Below, piece after piece: positions 62,416 through 64,000 of a DNA stretch of 64,000 bases; within the stretch, counting starts at the first letter, position 1, and the number at the start of each line of letters is the position of its first letter. The position numbers and the translations under genes were made by a program. The notes under the pieces are model-generated. The model did no database searches. It saw nothing but the letters and a program-made list of their open reading frames with translations, and had not been told where the DNA came from. The DNA comes from Octopus bimaculoides (taxonomy: Eukaryota). Location of the stretch: NCBI RefSeq assembly GCF_001194135.2, contig NC_068981.1, positions 106,215,047-106,279,046 of the forward strand, read 5' to 3'.

Positions 62416-64000
62416 TAGTTTTATTTATAACGTGCTTTCACTTCACTACCGAGCGCAGCTCTGTGTGCCTTCGGTATGTGCTGTGGTTTGCTGTGATGCT
62501 CTTATGGTTACTGTATTGAAAGTGTTTTGCATAGGATGTTATTATTATTATTATTTCTTGTCTTAGTAAGAGATGTTTTACATTGCTCTATAACTTTTTT
62601 GCTTACTTTTCCATTTAGGGTTTGCAATTGTTCATATTTTTTATTTATGTATCCTATTGTATGGTCTACAATGTGAGGCTTTTTTGTCCCTTTTCTTATC
62701 AAGGTTCTTCTAAACAGTTTATATCTGTCTTTTCTTTGTATCAAGGACTTTCTAAATAATTCTTGTTGATCCAAATATCTGCCATGCACCTACTCCCATA
62801 TTAAAACAATCTACCATTCCAAGGTTTATTCTCAAATTCTTCATTGCAATTCTCACTGTCCCAAAGATAATTGGCAAGATCTTGATCTTGTCAACTTCTC
62901 TGAGAACTTCATTATTCAAGTCAGTATGATATTCTAATTTTGTTCTTTTTTGTTGACTTAGGTATCAGATAGTCATTCCACATCAATTTCTTGACTACAA
63001 TATCTAGCTTGTGCTCCATTCACCTTTCATTTTGTATGGAAAATCCTATAACAACCTCACTTCATCATTTTCAAAGACTTTCATTTCTATTCCCATAGAA
63101 AGGTCATAACCCTTTCCTGTACATGAAAGACCAAACCTCTTGTAAAAGCTCCAGTGAATTATTGCCACAGTTTTATCATGCCTATTCTCTTCTGTATTCA
63201 TTTTGAGCTAGAATTCTGTTACAATGCACATTCAGTATTTAGGTGACCAGTCCTTCTCATCTATCATTCTTTTAATCTAAAATATTCTCATAGCATGTGC
63301 TTGAGTGGCTAAAATCAATCCTTCTAACTCTCTCTTTGGTACTCCTTTCTTTAACAATAGCCAGATGACCTTGCTATTCCTTACTTGTTTTGTTTCTTTG
63401 AAGAAACACTGAATGAAACTTCTTTTCTTCAAAGTTTGACTTACAACATTTTTCTGTTTTTTTATCCTATTTGGTTTGTACCTTAAGAACTGCTTTCTCT
63501 TCCATATATAATCCTAGACTTGTTCTGTTTAATTATACAATCTCTTTTACACTTATTAATCTCCTCTGCCTTCTGTACTTTTTCAGTATCAACAATCCAC
63601 ATCTGATTATAAGGGTATATTTTTGCGTATTGCAAGCTTCTTTCTGTCAGTTTGAATGGTGAAGTTCCAGAGGAGTGAGATGTGATCATTTTCACGCACT
63701 GGAGGCAGTTTGTATTCCCACCAGTTTTTATCACGGGGCAGGTCCAGATTTTTTGCAAATTACTCAGTGAATATACTGTGCTGCTCTATCATGCCTGTTG
63801 AGATACTCTGTAGGCACAAGAAGACTGCACATTGAGACAATATGATCAATGGTTTCATTTTGTTGTTTACATACATGACACGTTGGGCTACTGCTATTCT
63901 TTAATATGTTGGCCTGGTAGCTCCTTGTAGGTAGGCATTGGTACTGGGCTGCTATGATAAACCCTTCTGTTTCTGATTTTAAGTCAGAAGACACTAACCA
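62190..64000 (-). mobile_element. Several nested RLE (R4/Dong-like) fragments
   Basis: LKSETEGFIIAAQYQCLPTR...CHVCKQQNETIDHIVSMC...RHD (CCHC finger), a second EGLILATQ...RHDKTV copy at 63050-63480, MHGRYL remnant, shared 3' UTRs at 62190-62350 and 62410-62540. Confidence 0.9.

Overview
AT-rich, repeat-dense animal genomic DNA with 12 short assembly gaps, mostly at microsatellites. The SINE/LINE families resemble those I know from octopus genomes; this is inference and no search was run. I can name no intact host gene. The first ~11 kb is relatively repeat-poor and holds a possible coding exon (995-1245) and several candidate microexons. The rest is decayed and nested transposons: RTE LINE fragments, Penelope-like elements (RT, GIY-YIG, terminal regions), R4/Dong-type RLE retroelements at (TAA)n tracts, a deleted Ty3/Gypsy element, two Tigger/pogo relics, mariner, maT (DD37D), Tc1, Helitrons, piggyBac-type and foldback MITEs, and three SINE families. 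Most notable: two minimal hammerhead-ribozyme folds downstream of a Penelope GIY-YIG gene (53.8 and 54.2 kb), each with a different non-canonical but Watson-Crick 3-8 core pair (U3-A8, A3-U8) and a different palindromic stem III; a foldback element with hammerhead cores at its centre (25.2-25.7 kb); and a Tigger copy carrying a 138-bp inverted copy of its own 3' end. All calls were made by eye; repeat boundaries are approximate unless a TIR or TSD is quoted.
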